A stretch of 64,000 bases of DNA from an uncultured Alphaproteobacteria bacterium (GCA_963776505.1 CAVZNH010000070.1:81171-145170); one strand, 5' to 3'. Positions 31,937 through 41,593 are shown, counted from the stretch's first letter. Program-made: numbers and translations. Notes: generated by a model from the letters alone, not told the origin.

Positions 31937-32482
31937 ATGGCAAACATTCGCGCGCGGCTGGCCCATATGGGCATTTACGTTCAGGACCGGGACAAGATGG
32001 AGCAGTTCTACACTGAAGTCCTCGGCCTGATGGTCACCGACCGGGGCGAGGGACGCTCAGGGATGCACCTCACCTTCATGAGCGCGAATCCGCAGAACCA
32101 CCACCAGGTCGTGCTGGTCACCGGCCGGCCGGATACCGCCGGCTTCAACCCCATCCAGCAGATCTCCTTCATGGTAGACTCGCTCACCGATCTGCGTGAG
32201 GTGCACAAGCGCGCGCTATCGCTCGGCGCCACCGAGATGCGCCCGGTGACCCACGGCAACGCATGGTCGGTCTACTTCAAGGACCCGGAGGGCAACACGG
32301 TGGAGGCGTATCTCGACACGCCATTCCACGTCCCCCAGCCGCATGGCAAGCCGCTTGATCTCACAAAATCGGACGAGCAGATCCTGCGCGAGACCGAGGA
32401 AGCTTGCCGCCAAGACCCGGGCTTCATGCCGATCGAGCAGTTCAAGAGCGAGATGGCCGCACGGCTCAGCGCGAGCGCATAA
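31937..32482 (+). CDS. VOC family protein (extradiol dioxygenase/glyoxalase fold)
   Basis: RLAHMGIYVQDRDKMEQFYTEVLGL.., HHQVVL, ISFMV, SVYFKDPEGNTVE. Starts at MANIRA after GGAGGAA. Confidence 0.8.
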   Translation: MANIRARLAHMGIYVQDRDKMEQFYTEVLGLMVTDRGEGRSGMHLTFMSANPQNHHQVVLVTGRPDTAGFNPIQQISFMVDSLTDLREVHKRALSLGATEMRPVTHGNAWSVYFKDPEGNTVEAYLDTPFHVPQPHGKPLDLTKSDEQILRETEEACRQDPGFMPIEQFKSEMAARLSASA

Positions 32483-32509
32483 TCTGGCGTCACCTCGGCG
32501 GCCGCTCGC

Positions 32510-33412
32510 CTATTGATCCCGCCGCCTTTGGTCGATCAGCTCGTGCTCGATCAATTCGGCCGTTTCGGTCGGTACCGGCCGCGCTTCGCCGAGTAGAGAT
32601 CTCACGCCCGCGACCAGGGTATCGCGGCGGAAGGGCTTTACCAGTATCGCGGTCTGCGGAGGCAGTTCCGCCAGCCCGTCGGCATTCGGGTACCCGGTGA
32701 TCACCAGCGACTTGAGGAATGGCCGGATCTGCGTGGCCTGCCCAATCAGCTCGGCTCCGGACAACCCCGGCATCGCGTAGTCGGTCACCAGGACATCAAT
32801 GCGCGGATCGCTTGCGATCAGCCGCAGCGCATCGTCAGCGGTAGCAACCCGATGAACAGTGAAGCCCTCGTTGGCGAGGAAAGCCCCGACGGTCACCAGA
32901 ACATCGGCGACGTCGTCCACGACCAGGAGATGTCGGCCGATGTCGCGCGGCTGATCGGCGCCCGACACGCCGTGCTGCCGCACCGCCATATTGGGAGCCG
33001 CCACCAGTGGTTCCGCTTTCGTCGGAACCAGGCCGTAGGCCATCAGCGTATAGGCAAGCCGCATGGTAGCAGACTGAATCACCGGATGCGCTCTGGTCTC
33101 TGGCAGCACGAAATGCCGGGCGATCGCTTCGCCTGCCATCACCAGGGCCTCTGCCGAGGGCGAGCCCATCGGCCGTTCCGGTCCATGCACCACCACGCTC
33201 GAGTGCGAAGCCACTGCCGCTCCGTCCACCTCATTGTCACGTCGATTTGCCAACGCGTCATAGCGCGCCCCGAGTGCCGTGAGCCCTTGCGCATCAGCCG
33301 CGGTTCTTGCAGTTGCCGCCATGCCGCGAAACTCCGCGGCCCGCGCGTGAAGTTCCGCGACGGTATATCGCGACAACGGAACATGAACCGTTCTGGCAGT
33401 TGCGCACAACAT
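32510..33412 (-). CDS. Response regulator with an uncharacterised N-terminal domain and a C-terminal receiver
   Basis: C-terminal LLVVDDVADV, LVTDYAMPGLSG, VITGY, VKPF. The N-terminal ~170 aa have no recognised domain. Confidence 0.8.
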   Translation of the reverse strand: MLCATARTVHVPLSRYTVAELHARAAEFRGMAATARTAADAQGLTALGARYDALANRRDNEVDGAAVASHSSVVVHGPERPMGSPSAEALVMAGEAIARHFVLPETRAHPVIQSATMRLAYTLMAYGLVPTKAEPLVAAPNMAVRQHGVSGADQPRDIGRHLLVVDDVADVLVTVGAFLANEGFTVHRVATADDALRLIASDPRIDVLVTDYAMPGLSGAELIGQATQIRPFLKSLVITGYPNADGLAELPPQTAILVKPFRRDTLVAGVRSLLGEARPVPTETAELIEHELIDQRRRDQ

Positions 33413-33697
33413 TTTCTGTGCCCTGTAATTCTTCCGAATGTCGCAGCCGTTCCGCTGCTCGGAAAAACCCTAACCTTGCCTACTCTAAGAAATGGTTACT
33501 GAGTGGCTTGACCCAGATCAAAGTGAGATTGCACGATTTATTGCGGCTGTTGAGAATTCAGGTGCTGCATGCGCACTCTTGCGTGCGCCACATATGAATG
33601 ATTGGAATTTGCGCGGCCCATCGCGGGCGAGATCACCAACGCCCCCACGCGATGGCGTGCTGCCTCGCGAGGACACCACGTTCCGACCCCGAAGGAA

Positions 33698-33892
33698 TCA
33701 CACCATCTCTTGGTGACAGAGACCGGACCTCCGAGCCTGCCAGTTTCGTGCGTCCCCGCACGCCAGTTCCAGCAGTTCGCTCGCGATCTCCACGAGGCGG
33801 GCGCTCATTGCTGGGTCGGCCAAGGTCAAGGCAAGACACTGAGTCTCGGCGTGCAGATCGAGCAGCTCATTGTCCAAGGGCTGATCTTCCAT
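33698..33892 (-). CDS. Small hypothetical helical protein
   Basis: GGAGG lies 7 nt upstream of ATG (MEDQPLDNELLDLHAETQ..). 64 aa, with a motif shared with the N-terminus of the neighbouring regulator. Confidence 0.4.
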   Translation of the reverse strand: MEDQPLDNELLDLHAETQCLALTLADPAMSARLVEIASELLELACGDARNWQARRSGLCHQEMV

Positions 33893-33990
33893 CGGCATAC
33901 CTCCAAGAGGAATGCTACCGTAACCATACATTCGAAGCAAAGGCGTTGATCCAGATCAACGCCTGATACCGACCCGCGATGCACCTGATG

Positions 33991-34812
33991 CTAGTCGTCA
34001 ATCAGTGGCCCACCTATGGCTGTGAGGTAGCGCTTCACTGACAGGGCAAGCGCCGCCTTGCCGCCTGACGGAATGATCCGGTCCCACCAGCCACCGTAGA
34101 CGGGATCGAACGGCCACACCTCCAGTACATCGGCAATGTGCCGCACCGAACTCGCATCCAGCGGGATCAGATTCGGATAGCTGCGCATGAAGCTGAGGTT
34201 TCTGTCAGGCGTCACAGTCACGATGTCGCCGGACAACAATGCGCCCTTGCCATCCGCGCCATCTGCCCAGTGCAGCACGGTCCCTCCGGCGAAGTGTCCG
34301 CCACAACGCAACAGAGTCACGCCCGGCGCAAGCTGCCGCATTTCGCCATCCCAGTACATCACGGTCGGATCAGGCCGCATCACCCATCTTCTGTCCGCGG
34401 CGTGCAGATGGATTGGTACACCGCCGAAGGCGTGACTCCACTCGACCATCGACGCGTAGAAGTGCGGGTGAGAAATCGCAATTGCACTGATACCGCCCAG
34501 TGATCGCACGATCTCCACCGTGGCATCATCGATGAAGCTGATGCAGTCCCACAGAATATTGCCCGCCGCAGTCCGCAGCAGCAGAGCGCGCTGGCCGATC
34601 GCGAACGCGGGCACGGTCCCGATGCCGAGCAACCCGGGCTCGTGCTGACGAAAGCCATTGAAATGCGTCCGCCGCATCGCCGGCAACGTGGTCCATGCCT
34701 GCCCGAGCGGGTTCACATATTGCCGCGGCTCCTGACAGATCGCGCATCCGGCAAAGGGGTTGTCCGCCTCGGGGTATTGCGTCCCGCAGGTAGTGCAAAT
34801 ATGCGCCGGCAT
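33991..34812 (-). CDS. MBL-fold metallo-hydrolase-like protein with an N-terminal Cys cluster
   Basis: MPAHICTTCGTQYPE..CAICQEPRQY, then ..AIAISHPHFYASM..IHLHAADRRW. Confidence 0.7.
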   Translation of the reverse strand: MPAHICTTCGTQYPEADNPFAGCAICQEPRQYVNPLGQAWTTLPAMRRTHFNGFRQHEPGLLGIGTVPAFAIGQRALLLRTAAGNILWDCISFIDDATVEIVRSLGGISAIAISHPHFYASMVEWSHAFGGVPIHLHAADRRWVMRPDPTVMYWDGEMRQLAPGVTLLRCGGHFAGGTVLHWADGADGKGALLSGDIVTVTPDRNLSFMRSYPNLIPLDASSVRHIADVLEVWPFDPVYGGWWDRIIPSGGKAALALSVKRYLTAIGGPLIDD

Positions 34813-34914
34813 GCTCGCCTCCTCGCTGCGATTGCCCAAGCCTATCGCCGGTCGTTACGGCTGGCGACGCGGCCATGTTCGACGATACCGCGCCCACGTG
34901 TCACTGTTGCGCGA

Positions 34915-36180
34915 ATGACGGAAGCCCCACGCAAGACGCCAGCCACGGACAGGACGCATGACGCGACCACCAGCGCCTCAAGCTGGCAGGTCACACTTTG
35001 GGCCATGGTGGGCATCCAGTTCATCATGACAATGTCATTCAGCTTCCTCAGCCCGATCATGCCGCTGTTCCTGCCGAAGCTCGGCGTCACCACCGAGGCG
35101 GGTATCGATCTGTGGTCCGGCATTCTGAACGGCTCCACCTCGTTCGTCGCCGCCTTCACCTCGCCGCTGTGGGGACGACTCGCCGACCGCTATGGGCGCA
35201 AGCCGATGCTGATCCGCTCGAGCTGCGCGATCGCGATCTTCACCGCCTTCATGGGTCTGTCCCAGAACGTCTGGCAGTTCTTCGCCGCGCGTGCCCTGAT
35301 GGGCGTGTTCGCCGGTTTCTCCTCGACCGCGATGGCGCTGGTCGCGAGCCAGGTCCCCGAGCAACGCCTCGGTTACGCACTCGGCTGGCTCAGCACCGGA
35401 CAGCTGGTCGGCTCGCTGATAGGGCCCGTCATCGGTGGCGTGCTTGCCGACATCACCGGCAGCTACCGCATCCCGTTCTACTGCACCTCCGGCGTCACGT
35501 TCGCCGCGGTGTTCCTGGTATGGCGCGGCGTGCGCGAGCGCTTCGTGCGGCCCGACTCCTCGCATCAGCGGCGTTCCGGTCTGCGCGGCCTCGCGCTCAT
35601 GATCGGGGCTGCCGGAATATTGCCGCTGTTCTTCGTGCTGTTCATGGCGCAGTTCAGCACCCGCGCGGTGCAGCCGGTGGTGACGCTGTTCGTGCAGGAG
35701 ATCGTCGGCAATCAGCCCAACCTGGCGACCCTCGGCGGGCTCGCGTTCTCCGTCACCGGGCTGGCCGGCATGATGGCGGTGCCGCTGCTCGGCAAACACA
35801 GCGACGAGATCGGCTATCGCCGCGTGCTGCTGATCTGCCTGGCGGGCGCCACGCTGACCAGCCTGCCCCAGGCCTTCGCCGGCAGCTACTGGACGTTCGT
35901 GGTCGAGCGTTTCGGCGTCGGTCTGTTCATTGGCGGGATCCTGCCGACGGCGAATGCGCTGATCGGGCGCATGGTGGACCGCGCCAGCCGCGGCACGGTG
36001 TACGGCATGACTGCCTCGGCGACGTTTCTCGGCAACTCTCTCGGGCCGCTGACCGGCGGCGCGATTGCCGCTTCGTTCGGCCTGCGCTGGGTGTTCCTGA
36101 TCACCGCGGCACTGCTGCTGGCGAACCTGATCTGGGTGTATCTGACCGTGCCGGAATATGCCGGCGAACGGAGGGCATAG
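34915..36180 (+). CDS. MFS transporter (drug/metabolite efflux type)
   Basis: 12-TM-like ORF with GRLADRYGRKPML (MFS motif A). Start chosen at MTEAPRK. Confidence 0.88.
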   Translation: MTEAPRKTPATDRTHDATTSASSWQVTLWAMVGIQFIMTMSFSFLSPIMPLFLPKLGVTTEAGIDLWSGILNGSTSFVAAFTSPLWGRLADRYGRKPMLIRSSCAIAIFTAFMGLSQNVWQFFAARALMGVFAGFSSTAMALVASQVPEQRLGYALGWLSTGQLVGSLIGPVIGGVLADITGSYRIPFYCTSGVTFAAVFLVWRGVRERFVRPDSSHQRRSGLRGLALMIGAAGILPLFFVLFMAQFSTRAVQPVVTLFVQEIVGNQPNLATLGGLAFSVTGLAGMMAVPLLGKHSDEIGYRRVLLICLAGATLTSLPQAFAGSYWTFVVERFGVGLFIGGILPTANALIGRMVDRASRGTVYGMTASATFLGNSLGPLTGGAIAASFGLRWVFLITAALLLANLIWVYLTVPEYAGERRA

Positions 36181-36193
36181 CGGCGCGCTGAAG

Positions 36194-36706
36194 CTACTGG
36201 TCGTGCAATTCCTGTCCGTGCTGGATCATCTGAAGAATCCACGCCCGGCTGGCGCCGTCATCGAAATGCGCCTTCAGTAACAGGCGGCAATTGTGATCGA
36301 TCAGATGGCGAAGCGTGGAATCCAGACTTTGAGTGGCCCCGTCCACCAGCTTTGCACGGTCGTCCGCGCTCACCTGCGGTATCTGCTTGAGTTGCTCGCG
36401 AACATATGGCGCACCCCCGCCGTCAACCAAGGCATCGGTAAAGACCTTGATGACCTGTTGCAGCACAGGAATATCGCTGTCGTCGAGACTGCATTGCGTG
36501 AGCGCTGGCAACACCGAGCCCGCCGTCAGCCCCGCCTCATACGCCGGGTCCTCCTGGTCGTTGACCTCCGGCAGCTCCATCGCCAGGCGTCGAACACATT
36601 CCCAGCACTGGGGGCTTTTCGGGTCAGCGCGAGCGCTGGCTCCTGCCAAAGCCGCAATCAAGGCCGCAAGACGACATGTCGTTATGGTGATGGACGGAAA
36701 GCGCAT
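36194..36706 (-). CDS. Hypothetical secreted protein
   Basis: Signal-like N-terminus MRFPSITITTCRLAALIAALAGASARA. No recognisable domain. Confidence 0.5.
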   Translation of the reverse strand: MRFPSITITTCRLAALIAALAGASARADPKSPQCWECVRRLAMELPEVNDQEDPAYEAGLTAGSVLPALTQCSLDDSDIPVLQQVIKVFTDALVDGGGAPYVREQLKQIPQVSADDRAKLVDGATQSLDSTLRHLIDHNCRLLLKAHFDDGASRAWILQMIQHGQELHDQ

Positions 36707-36811
36707 TTATCGCCAGGTCATTTCGGAGTTGCGGCATCGGCGGAGTGAGCATGGCCTCGGACGTCATAACCCGCTAGTTCCGGCATTTCCTGCCGCTGGA
36801 AAGGCTGAACA

Positions 36812-38203
36812 ATGGGTACACGTGCGGGCGCAATCGGACGCGCGCTGGAATTCTTCGACGGCACCGGCTTCCGTGATCGGCTCGCCGAACTGGTGGCCAT
36901 TCCCAGCACGTCGCAGGACCCTGGCCACGAGGCCGACGTCCAGCGCTACCTCGACGGCGCGATCAGGCCATGGCTGGAGCGGATGGGCTTCGTCGTCGCG
37001 GTTCACCCCAATCCGCAGCCGGGATTTGGCCCGATCCTCACCGCCGAGCGTCTGGAAGATCCGAAACGTCCGACCATCCTGACCTACGGCCATGCCGATA
37101 CGGTCCGCGGACTGGAGGACCAATGGCGCGACGGTCTCGATCCGTGGCGGCTCACCGAGGAAGCCGACCGTTGGTACGGTCGTGGCACTGCCGACAACAA
37201 GGGCCAGCACGCAGTGAACCTCTCGGCACTCGAGGCGGTGCTCGCGGAGCGCGACGGCAAACTGGGCTTCAACCTGAAGCTGGTGCTGGAGACCTGCGAG
37301 GAACGCGGCTCGGTGGGACTGCGCGACTTCGTCGCCGCCCACAAGGACGAACTCGCTGCCGATGTGCTGATCGGCAGCGACGGTCCGCGCGTGATGCCGG
37401 ACATGCCGACCATCGCCACCGGCACGCGCGGCACCTTCCATTTCGATCTGGTGGTCGACCTGCGCCCGGGCGGCGTGCATTCCGGCCATTGGGGCGGGCT
37501 GACCACCGATCCCGCAGTGGTGCTGACCCACGCCCTGGGCGCCATCATCGATCGCAACGGCCGCATCCTGGTGCGCGACTGGCTGCCGCGGAACGGCCTG
37601 CCGGCCAGTGTCCGCTCTGTGCTCACGGGCTGCGAGGTCGGCGGTGGCGGCGAGGCCGCGTCGATCGATCCGGACTGGGGCGAGCCGGGATTGACCGCGG
37701 CCGAGAAGATCTACGGCTGGAACAGCTTCATCGTGCTGGCGATGGTTTCCGGTCGGCCTGAGAACCCGGTGAACGCGGTGGCTCCGAGCGCCCGCGCTCA
37801 TTGCCAGATCCGCTACACGGTCGACACCGACCCCGCGACATTCGCCTCCGCGTTGCGCCGTCATCTCGATGCCGAAGGATTCGCCGGCGTACGCATCGAG
37901 AACCCCGGCATCCGCATGCCGGCGAGCCGCACCGACCCGTCGCATCCCTGGGTGCGCTGGACCGTCGCCTCAATGGAGCAATCGCTCGGCCGACACATCC
38001 AGGTCATTCCCAATTCGTCCGGTGGTTTGCCCGGCGACGTCTTCGTCGATCACCTCGGCGTTGCGCTGATCTGGGTGCCGCACAGCTACAACGGGTGCAA
38101 GCAGCACGGCCCCGACGAACATTTTCTGATCGCTCCGGCCCGCGAGGGGATCGCGGCGTTCGCTGGCATCTGGTGGGATCTGGGCGAGCCGCTAACGCCT
38201 TGA
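36812..38203 (+). CDS. M20-family metallopeptidase/dipeptidase
   Basis: YGHADTV, GRGTADNKG, ETCEERGS, 463 aa. Confidence 0.88.
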   Translation: MGTRAGAIGRALEFFDGTGFRDRLAELVAIPSTSQDPGHEADVQRYLDGAIRPWLERMGFVVAVHPNPQPGFGPILTAERLEDPKRPTILTYGHADTVRGLEDQWRDGLDPWRLTEEADRWYGRGTADNKGQHAVNLSALEAVLAERDGKLGFNLKLVLETCEERGSVGLRDFVAAHKDELAADVLIGSDGPRVMPDMPTIATGTRGTFHFDLVVDLRPGGVHSGHWGGLTTDPAVVLTHALGAIIDRNGRILVRDWLPRNGLPASVRSVLTGCEVGGGGEAASIDPDWGEPGLTAAEKIYGWNSFIVLAMVSGRPENPVNAVAPSARAHCQIRYTVDTDPATFASALRRHLDAEGFAGVRIENPGIRMPASRTDPSHPWVRWTVASMEQSLGRHIQVIPNSSGGLPGDVFVDHLGVALIWVPHSYNGCKQHGPDEHFLIAPAREGIAAFAGIWWDLGEPLTP

Positions 38204-38475
38204 GGCGGCACGGCCGAACGTCATAACTTGATACGGAAGCGGTTGAGTGACGTCAGAAGGGCGTCATTATTAACACGCATAAGACGCGGTCGTGACGAAT
38301 TTGGTACATATCGGGATTGATATTTCCCGGCGAATCGTCTCTGCTTTCCCTCGGAGCAACAGAGATGGGATCGGTATTAGTATAATTGCAATAACCCACC
38401 GGAAAGGTCAAGCGCTAAATCAGTGCCACATCCACGCCGCGGACAAACCCGAAACGACAAGGAGAGGTTGATATC

Positions 38476-38706
38476 ATGCCGGCAATCCCCCGCAGTGTTA
38501 ACGCAGAACACATAGGTCCCTCATACCATGAGTTGCTGTTGGCCCTGGTCGAGGGAGAGAGGGTGGCACTGGATATTGGCTCGGACTGGCCATCGGTTCC
38601 GAGCGAGGCTCGGTTCCCGCTGCTGAAATGGGCCCACAACGCGCACAGGCTGCTCGATCAATGCGAACTGGACCTGGCGGCGCGCAATACAGAAGAGCCA
38701 GGCTAA
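38476..38706 (+). CDS. Small hypothetical protein
   Basis: AAGGAGAGG RBS 8 nt upstream of the ATG. 76 aa. Sits at the end of an AT-richer 270-nt spacer. The stop overlaps the convergent gene by 4 nt. Confidence 0.45.
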   Translation: MPAIPRSVNAEHIGPSYHELLLALVEGERVALDIGSDWPSVPSEARFPLLKWAHNAHRLLDQCELDLAARNTEEPG

Positions 38707-39320
38707 CCCCCGCGGCGCCGTTTCAGGACCGCGTCGCGGATCAACGGCATGCGGTCGTTGCCGAAATACATGTCGTCACCTCCGACGAACATGGTCGGTG
38801 AGCCGAAGCCACCGCGATCGATCAGCTCCTGGGTGATGGCGCGCAGCTTGTCCTTGATCTGCTGCTGCTCGATGCCGGCAAGGAATTTGTCGGCATCGAC
38901 ACCGACCTTGCCGCAGATCTCGCGCAGCACAGGGATCTGCGAGATGTCCCTGTCGTCGCCCCAGTAGGCCTCGAACGTCGCCAGCGCAAACGGCACCAGC
39001 TTGCCCTCGGGCTCCAGCAGGATGCAGCCCCGCATGGCGCGGACGCTGTTCACCGGGAAAACAGTCGGGCGGTAGTGCATGCGGATGCCAAGGTGGCGCG
39101 CCCAGTCCTGCTGGTCCTTCTTGCCGTAAGCGACCTTCGCCGCGACCGGCTTCTCGCGTGAGTTGTGCACGCTTGGATTGACCGCGTTGAACACGCCGCC
39201 CACGAGAATCGGGCGCCAGGCGATGTCGATGCCAAATTCCTTCTGCATCAGCAGAAGGTTGTGGAAGGCGAAATAGGTCCACGGGCTCGAGCAGTCGAAG
39301 AAGCATTCAACGTCCGCCAT
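38703..39320 (-). CDS. 2-hydroxychromene-2-carboxylate isomerase / DsbA-like thioredoxin-fold protein
   Basis: VECFFDCSSPWTYFAF.., ..GSPTMFVGGDDMYFGNDR. 205 aa. Confidence 0.78.
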   Translation of the reverse strand: MADVECFFDCSSPWTYFAFHNLLLMQKEFGIDIAWRPILVGGVFNAVNPSVHNSREKPVAAKVAYGKKDQQDWARHLGIRMHYRPTVFPVNSVRAMRGCILLEPEGKLVPFALATFEAYWGDDRDISQIPVLREICGKVGVDADKFLAGIEQQQIKDKLRAITQELIDRGGFGSPTMFVGGDDMYFGNDRMPLIRDAVLKRRRGG

Positions 39321-39350
39321 GGCAAACTCCTCAAACTGACATGGCCCACT

Positions 39351-39392
39351 GTCCCCGTCCCCTCGCGGGAGGGCTGAGGGGGAGGGGCGGTG
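39351..39392 (+). repeat. C-rich/G-rich REP-like element, copy 2
   Basis: gtccccgtcccctcgcgggagggctgagggggaggggcggtg, between two co-oriented minus-strand genes. Confidence 0.8.
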
Positions 39393-39406
39393 GCCCTAAC
39401 TCTGAT

Positions 39407-40129
39407 CTACGCCGGCACCGGCCGCGCCCGCTGGTTGTAGAGAATCTTCGCCCGCCGCTCGCGCTCCTCCGCCGGCAGCTTGGACTGATCCTCCGACAAG
39501 TCCGCACCCACCGCCATGCCGCGCTGCACCCCGGGCCGCGCGCCAAGTTCCTCGAACCAGCGCTTGAAGTACTTGAACTCCTCGATGTCCTGACCCTGCG
39601 CCTTCCAGTTCACCGTCCAGGGGTAACTGATCATGTCGGCGATCGTGTATTCGTCGCCGGCCAGATAGCGGCTCTCGTACAGCCGGTTATTGAGCACGCC
39701 GTACAGCCAATTCGCCTCGTCGGTGAAACGGGCCACCGCATAGGCCTGGTCGCCCTTGGTGTCGCCCAGCCGCCGGAAGTGACCACATTCGCCGCTCTTC
39801 GGCCCCTGGTTAGCCATCTGCCAGATCAGCCACTGAATGACCTGATACCTGGGCCGCGTCGCCTGCGGGAAGAACTTGCCCTCCTTCTCGGCGATATACA
39901 GCATGATTGCGCCAGATTCGAAGACGGCGATGGGTTCGCCCCCGCCCTTCGGATCATGATCCACCAATACCGGCATACGGTGATTCGGGTTCATCTTGAG
40001 GAATTCCGGCGTGAACTGGTCACCGCGCCCAATATTACATGGCACGATCTTGTACTGTGCCCCCAGCTCCTCCAACAAGATTGTCACCTTCTTGCCATTT
40101 GGGGTCGGCCAGTAGTGAACATCGTACAT
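39407..40129 (-). CDS. Glutathione S-transferase (YghU/Nu-class-like)
   Basis: MYDVHYWPTPNGKKVTILLEELG..MNPNHRMPVLVDHD..ESGAIMLYIAEK..YLAGDEYTIADM. The ORF-track start at 40531 is an upstream extension. Confidence 0.88.
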   Translation of the reverse strand: MYDVHYWPTPNGKKVTILLEELGAQYKIVPCNIGRGDQFTPEFLKMNPNHRMPVLVDHDPKGGGEPIAVFESGAIMLYIAEKEGKFFPQATRPRYQVIQWLIWQMANQGPKSGECGHFRRLGDTKGDQAYAVARFTDEANWLYGVLNNRLYESRYLAGDEYTIADMISYPWTVNWKAQGQDIEEFKYFKRWFEELGARPGVQRGMAVGADLSEDQSKLPAEERERRAKILYNQRARPVPA

Positions 40130-40313
40130 CGTTCTGCCCCTCTGCCTCGCTTGGTACCAGTCAAAATGGATGGCCACGCCACCATGCCACAGGCGCCGGC
40201 ATTGAAAAGTCCCCCAATTCGGCGCGCCGGACTGCAAGAAATGCTTGTCCTGAGGGACAAACCGTGATTCCGTCACAATGCAAGACAAACTGCAACAGCG
40301 AGTCGGTGTGAGC

Positions 40314-40670
40314 ATGGCAGCAAAAAAGGCGCCCGCGGCGAAGTCCGCGGCGAAGACCCCCAAGGCGGCAGCGCCGGCCAAATCGGCCGCGCAGGCCACC
40401 GTGACCCTCAAACATCTGGCGGCGTCGCTCTCTGAGAGCCACGACATGCCAAAGAAGCAGGCCGACGCCATGCTGGTGGACATGGTGGGCCTGGTCGCGA
40501 AGCACCTCAAAAGAGGCGACCGCATCCGCATCGCCGGCCTCGGCGTCCTTCAGGTCAGGAAGCGCGCCGCCCGCATGGGCCGCAATCCGGCGACCGGCGA
40601 GGCAATCAAGATCAAGGCGAGCAAGAAGGTCGCCTTTCGTGTCGCCAAGGAGTTGAAGGAAGCCGTCTGA
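40314..40670 (+). CDS. HU-family DNA-binding protein with a Lys/Ala/Pro-rich N-terminal tail
   Basis: MAAKKAPAAKSAAKTPKAAAPAKSAA, then an HU fold (..IAGLGVLQVRKRAARMGRNPATGEAIKIKASKKVAFRVAKELK). An alternative ATG lies at 40278. Confidence 0.85.
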   Translation: MAAKKAPAAKSAAKTPKAAAPAKSAAQATVTLKHLAASLSESHDMPKKQADAMLVDMVGLVAKHLKRGDRIRIAGLGVLQVRKRAARMGRNPATGEAIKIKASKKVAFRVAKELKEAV

Positions 40671-40855
40671 ATCTCCGGAGCGCACTGGCCGGATCAAGCC
40701 TGATATGAGGCGGTGATCCTCGGGACGATTGCGGGTGCGACTCCGGTTGTACCCGCCATTCGCCGGCATCTGCGGCTGAAGAAGGCTGCGGCCAGTGTGA
40801 CGGCGACGCTGATCAGGGCGCCCTCAGCCAACCTGAAGTGTAGAATATGAAATGC

Positions 40856-40887
40856 GAAGAGGCCGGCAGGTTGGCGCCGGCCTCTTC
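40856..40887. terminator. Strong hairpin, possible bidirectional terminator
   Basis: 12-bp perfect stem GAAGAGGCCGGC / GCCGGCCTCTTC with an 8-nt loop, flanked by TCGTTTCAT on the plus strand and GCATTTCATATTC on the minus strand. Confidence 0.55.
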
Positions 40888-41053
40888 TCGTTTCATCTCA
40901 AGTCTTCCCGTCAGCGTGTCGGAATGCGCCACACGACAGCGTCCTTAGGGCCGGACGGAAGGCTGCCGCGAAAAATCCTCATGGCTGTTCACTGGATCAC
41001 AGCGCCAAGCGTGCGCGGTCGGCATCCTGCCCAAAGCGAGACGGAGGAGACCG

Positions 41054-41134
41054 ATGCGCGCCTATATCACCGCTGCCGGAATGGCTTTGGGTCTGGTCGC
41101 TGTGTGGGCGGCCCTGGCGCCATTCGTAGCCTGA
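41054..41134 (+). CDS. Candidate 26-aa hydrophobic peptide
   Basis: GGAGGAG lies 6 nt upstream of the ATG. MRAYITAAGMALGLVAVWAALAPFVA* is a single TM-like helix. Not in the ORF track because of its size. Confidence 0.3.
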   Translation: MRAYITAAGMALGLVAVWAALAPFVA

Positions 41135-41266
41135 GACCCGTGGTTCGCCATCCAGAGGCATGGTCCGCCAGATCGGGGCAAAACCAGGCGCATCAAGCGA
41201 CAGCAGCCAGCCCCGCCAAAGCACGATGGACTCCAGCCATTTCTGTACAGCAACTTTTTAATAGCC

Positions 41267-41593
41267 ATGCGACCTACATATGTGCAATTCTTTGGTCTGG
41301 GAGCGCATATTAGGATAACTGGGCCGATGTGGGCGATCGCTGGGGTCATGAACTGGCCGCCGATGTTCTATTCCGCCCTCGCGATCGTATTGCTGTGCAA
41401 ATGGACGATCTGGTTTCCTGTCATGGTGATCCGGCACGGCCTCCAGGGCGCACTTGATGCCGCCGTGACCTGCCCTGGCGGAGCGGCAGGACGATCCGTC
41501 ACTGTCCGCCACACGAACGGGATGCGCGCCGCAGGATCCATATCGGCACCGGCCGCGTGGACGACCCGCAGCGGAGCGGGCGGCCAGCTCTAG
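41267..41593 (+). CDS. Hypothetical membrane-like ORF (weak)
   Basis: 108-aa ORF. The hydrophobic segment MNWPPMFYSALAIVLLCKWTIWFPVMVI has fairly high third-position GC. No motif and a weak RBS. Confidence 0.25.
   Translation: MRPTYVQFFGLGAHIRITGPMWAIAGVMNWPPMFYSALAIVLLCKWTIWFPVMVIRHGLQGALDAAVTCPGGAAGRSVTVRHTNGMRAAGSISAPAAWTTRSGAGGQL

Noticed and set aside
40680-40822. Minus-strand 46-codon ORF (TTG start) LAEGALISVAVTLAAAFFSRRCRRMAGTTGVAPAIVPRITASYQA
   Set aside because: It has a fairly high third-position GC but only a TTG start and no RBS. The strong hairpin lies immediately upstream of it and leaves no room for a promoter. Support is insufficient.
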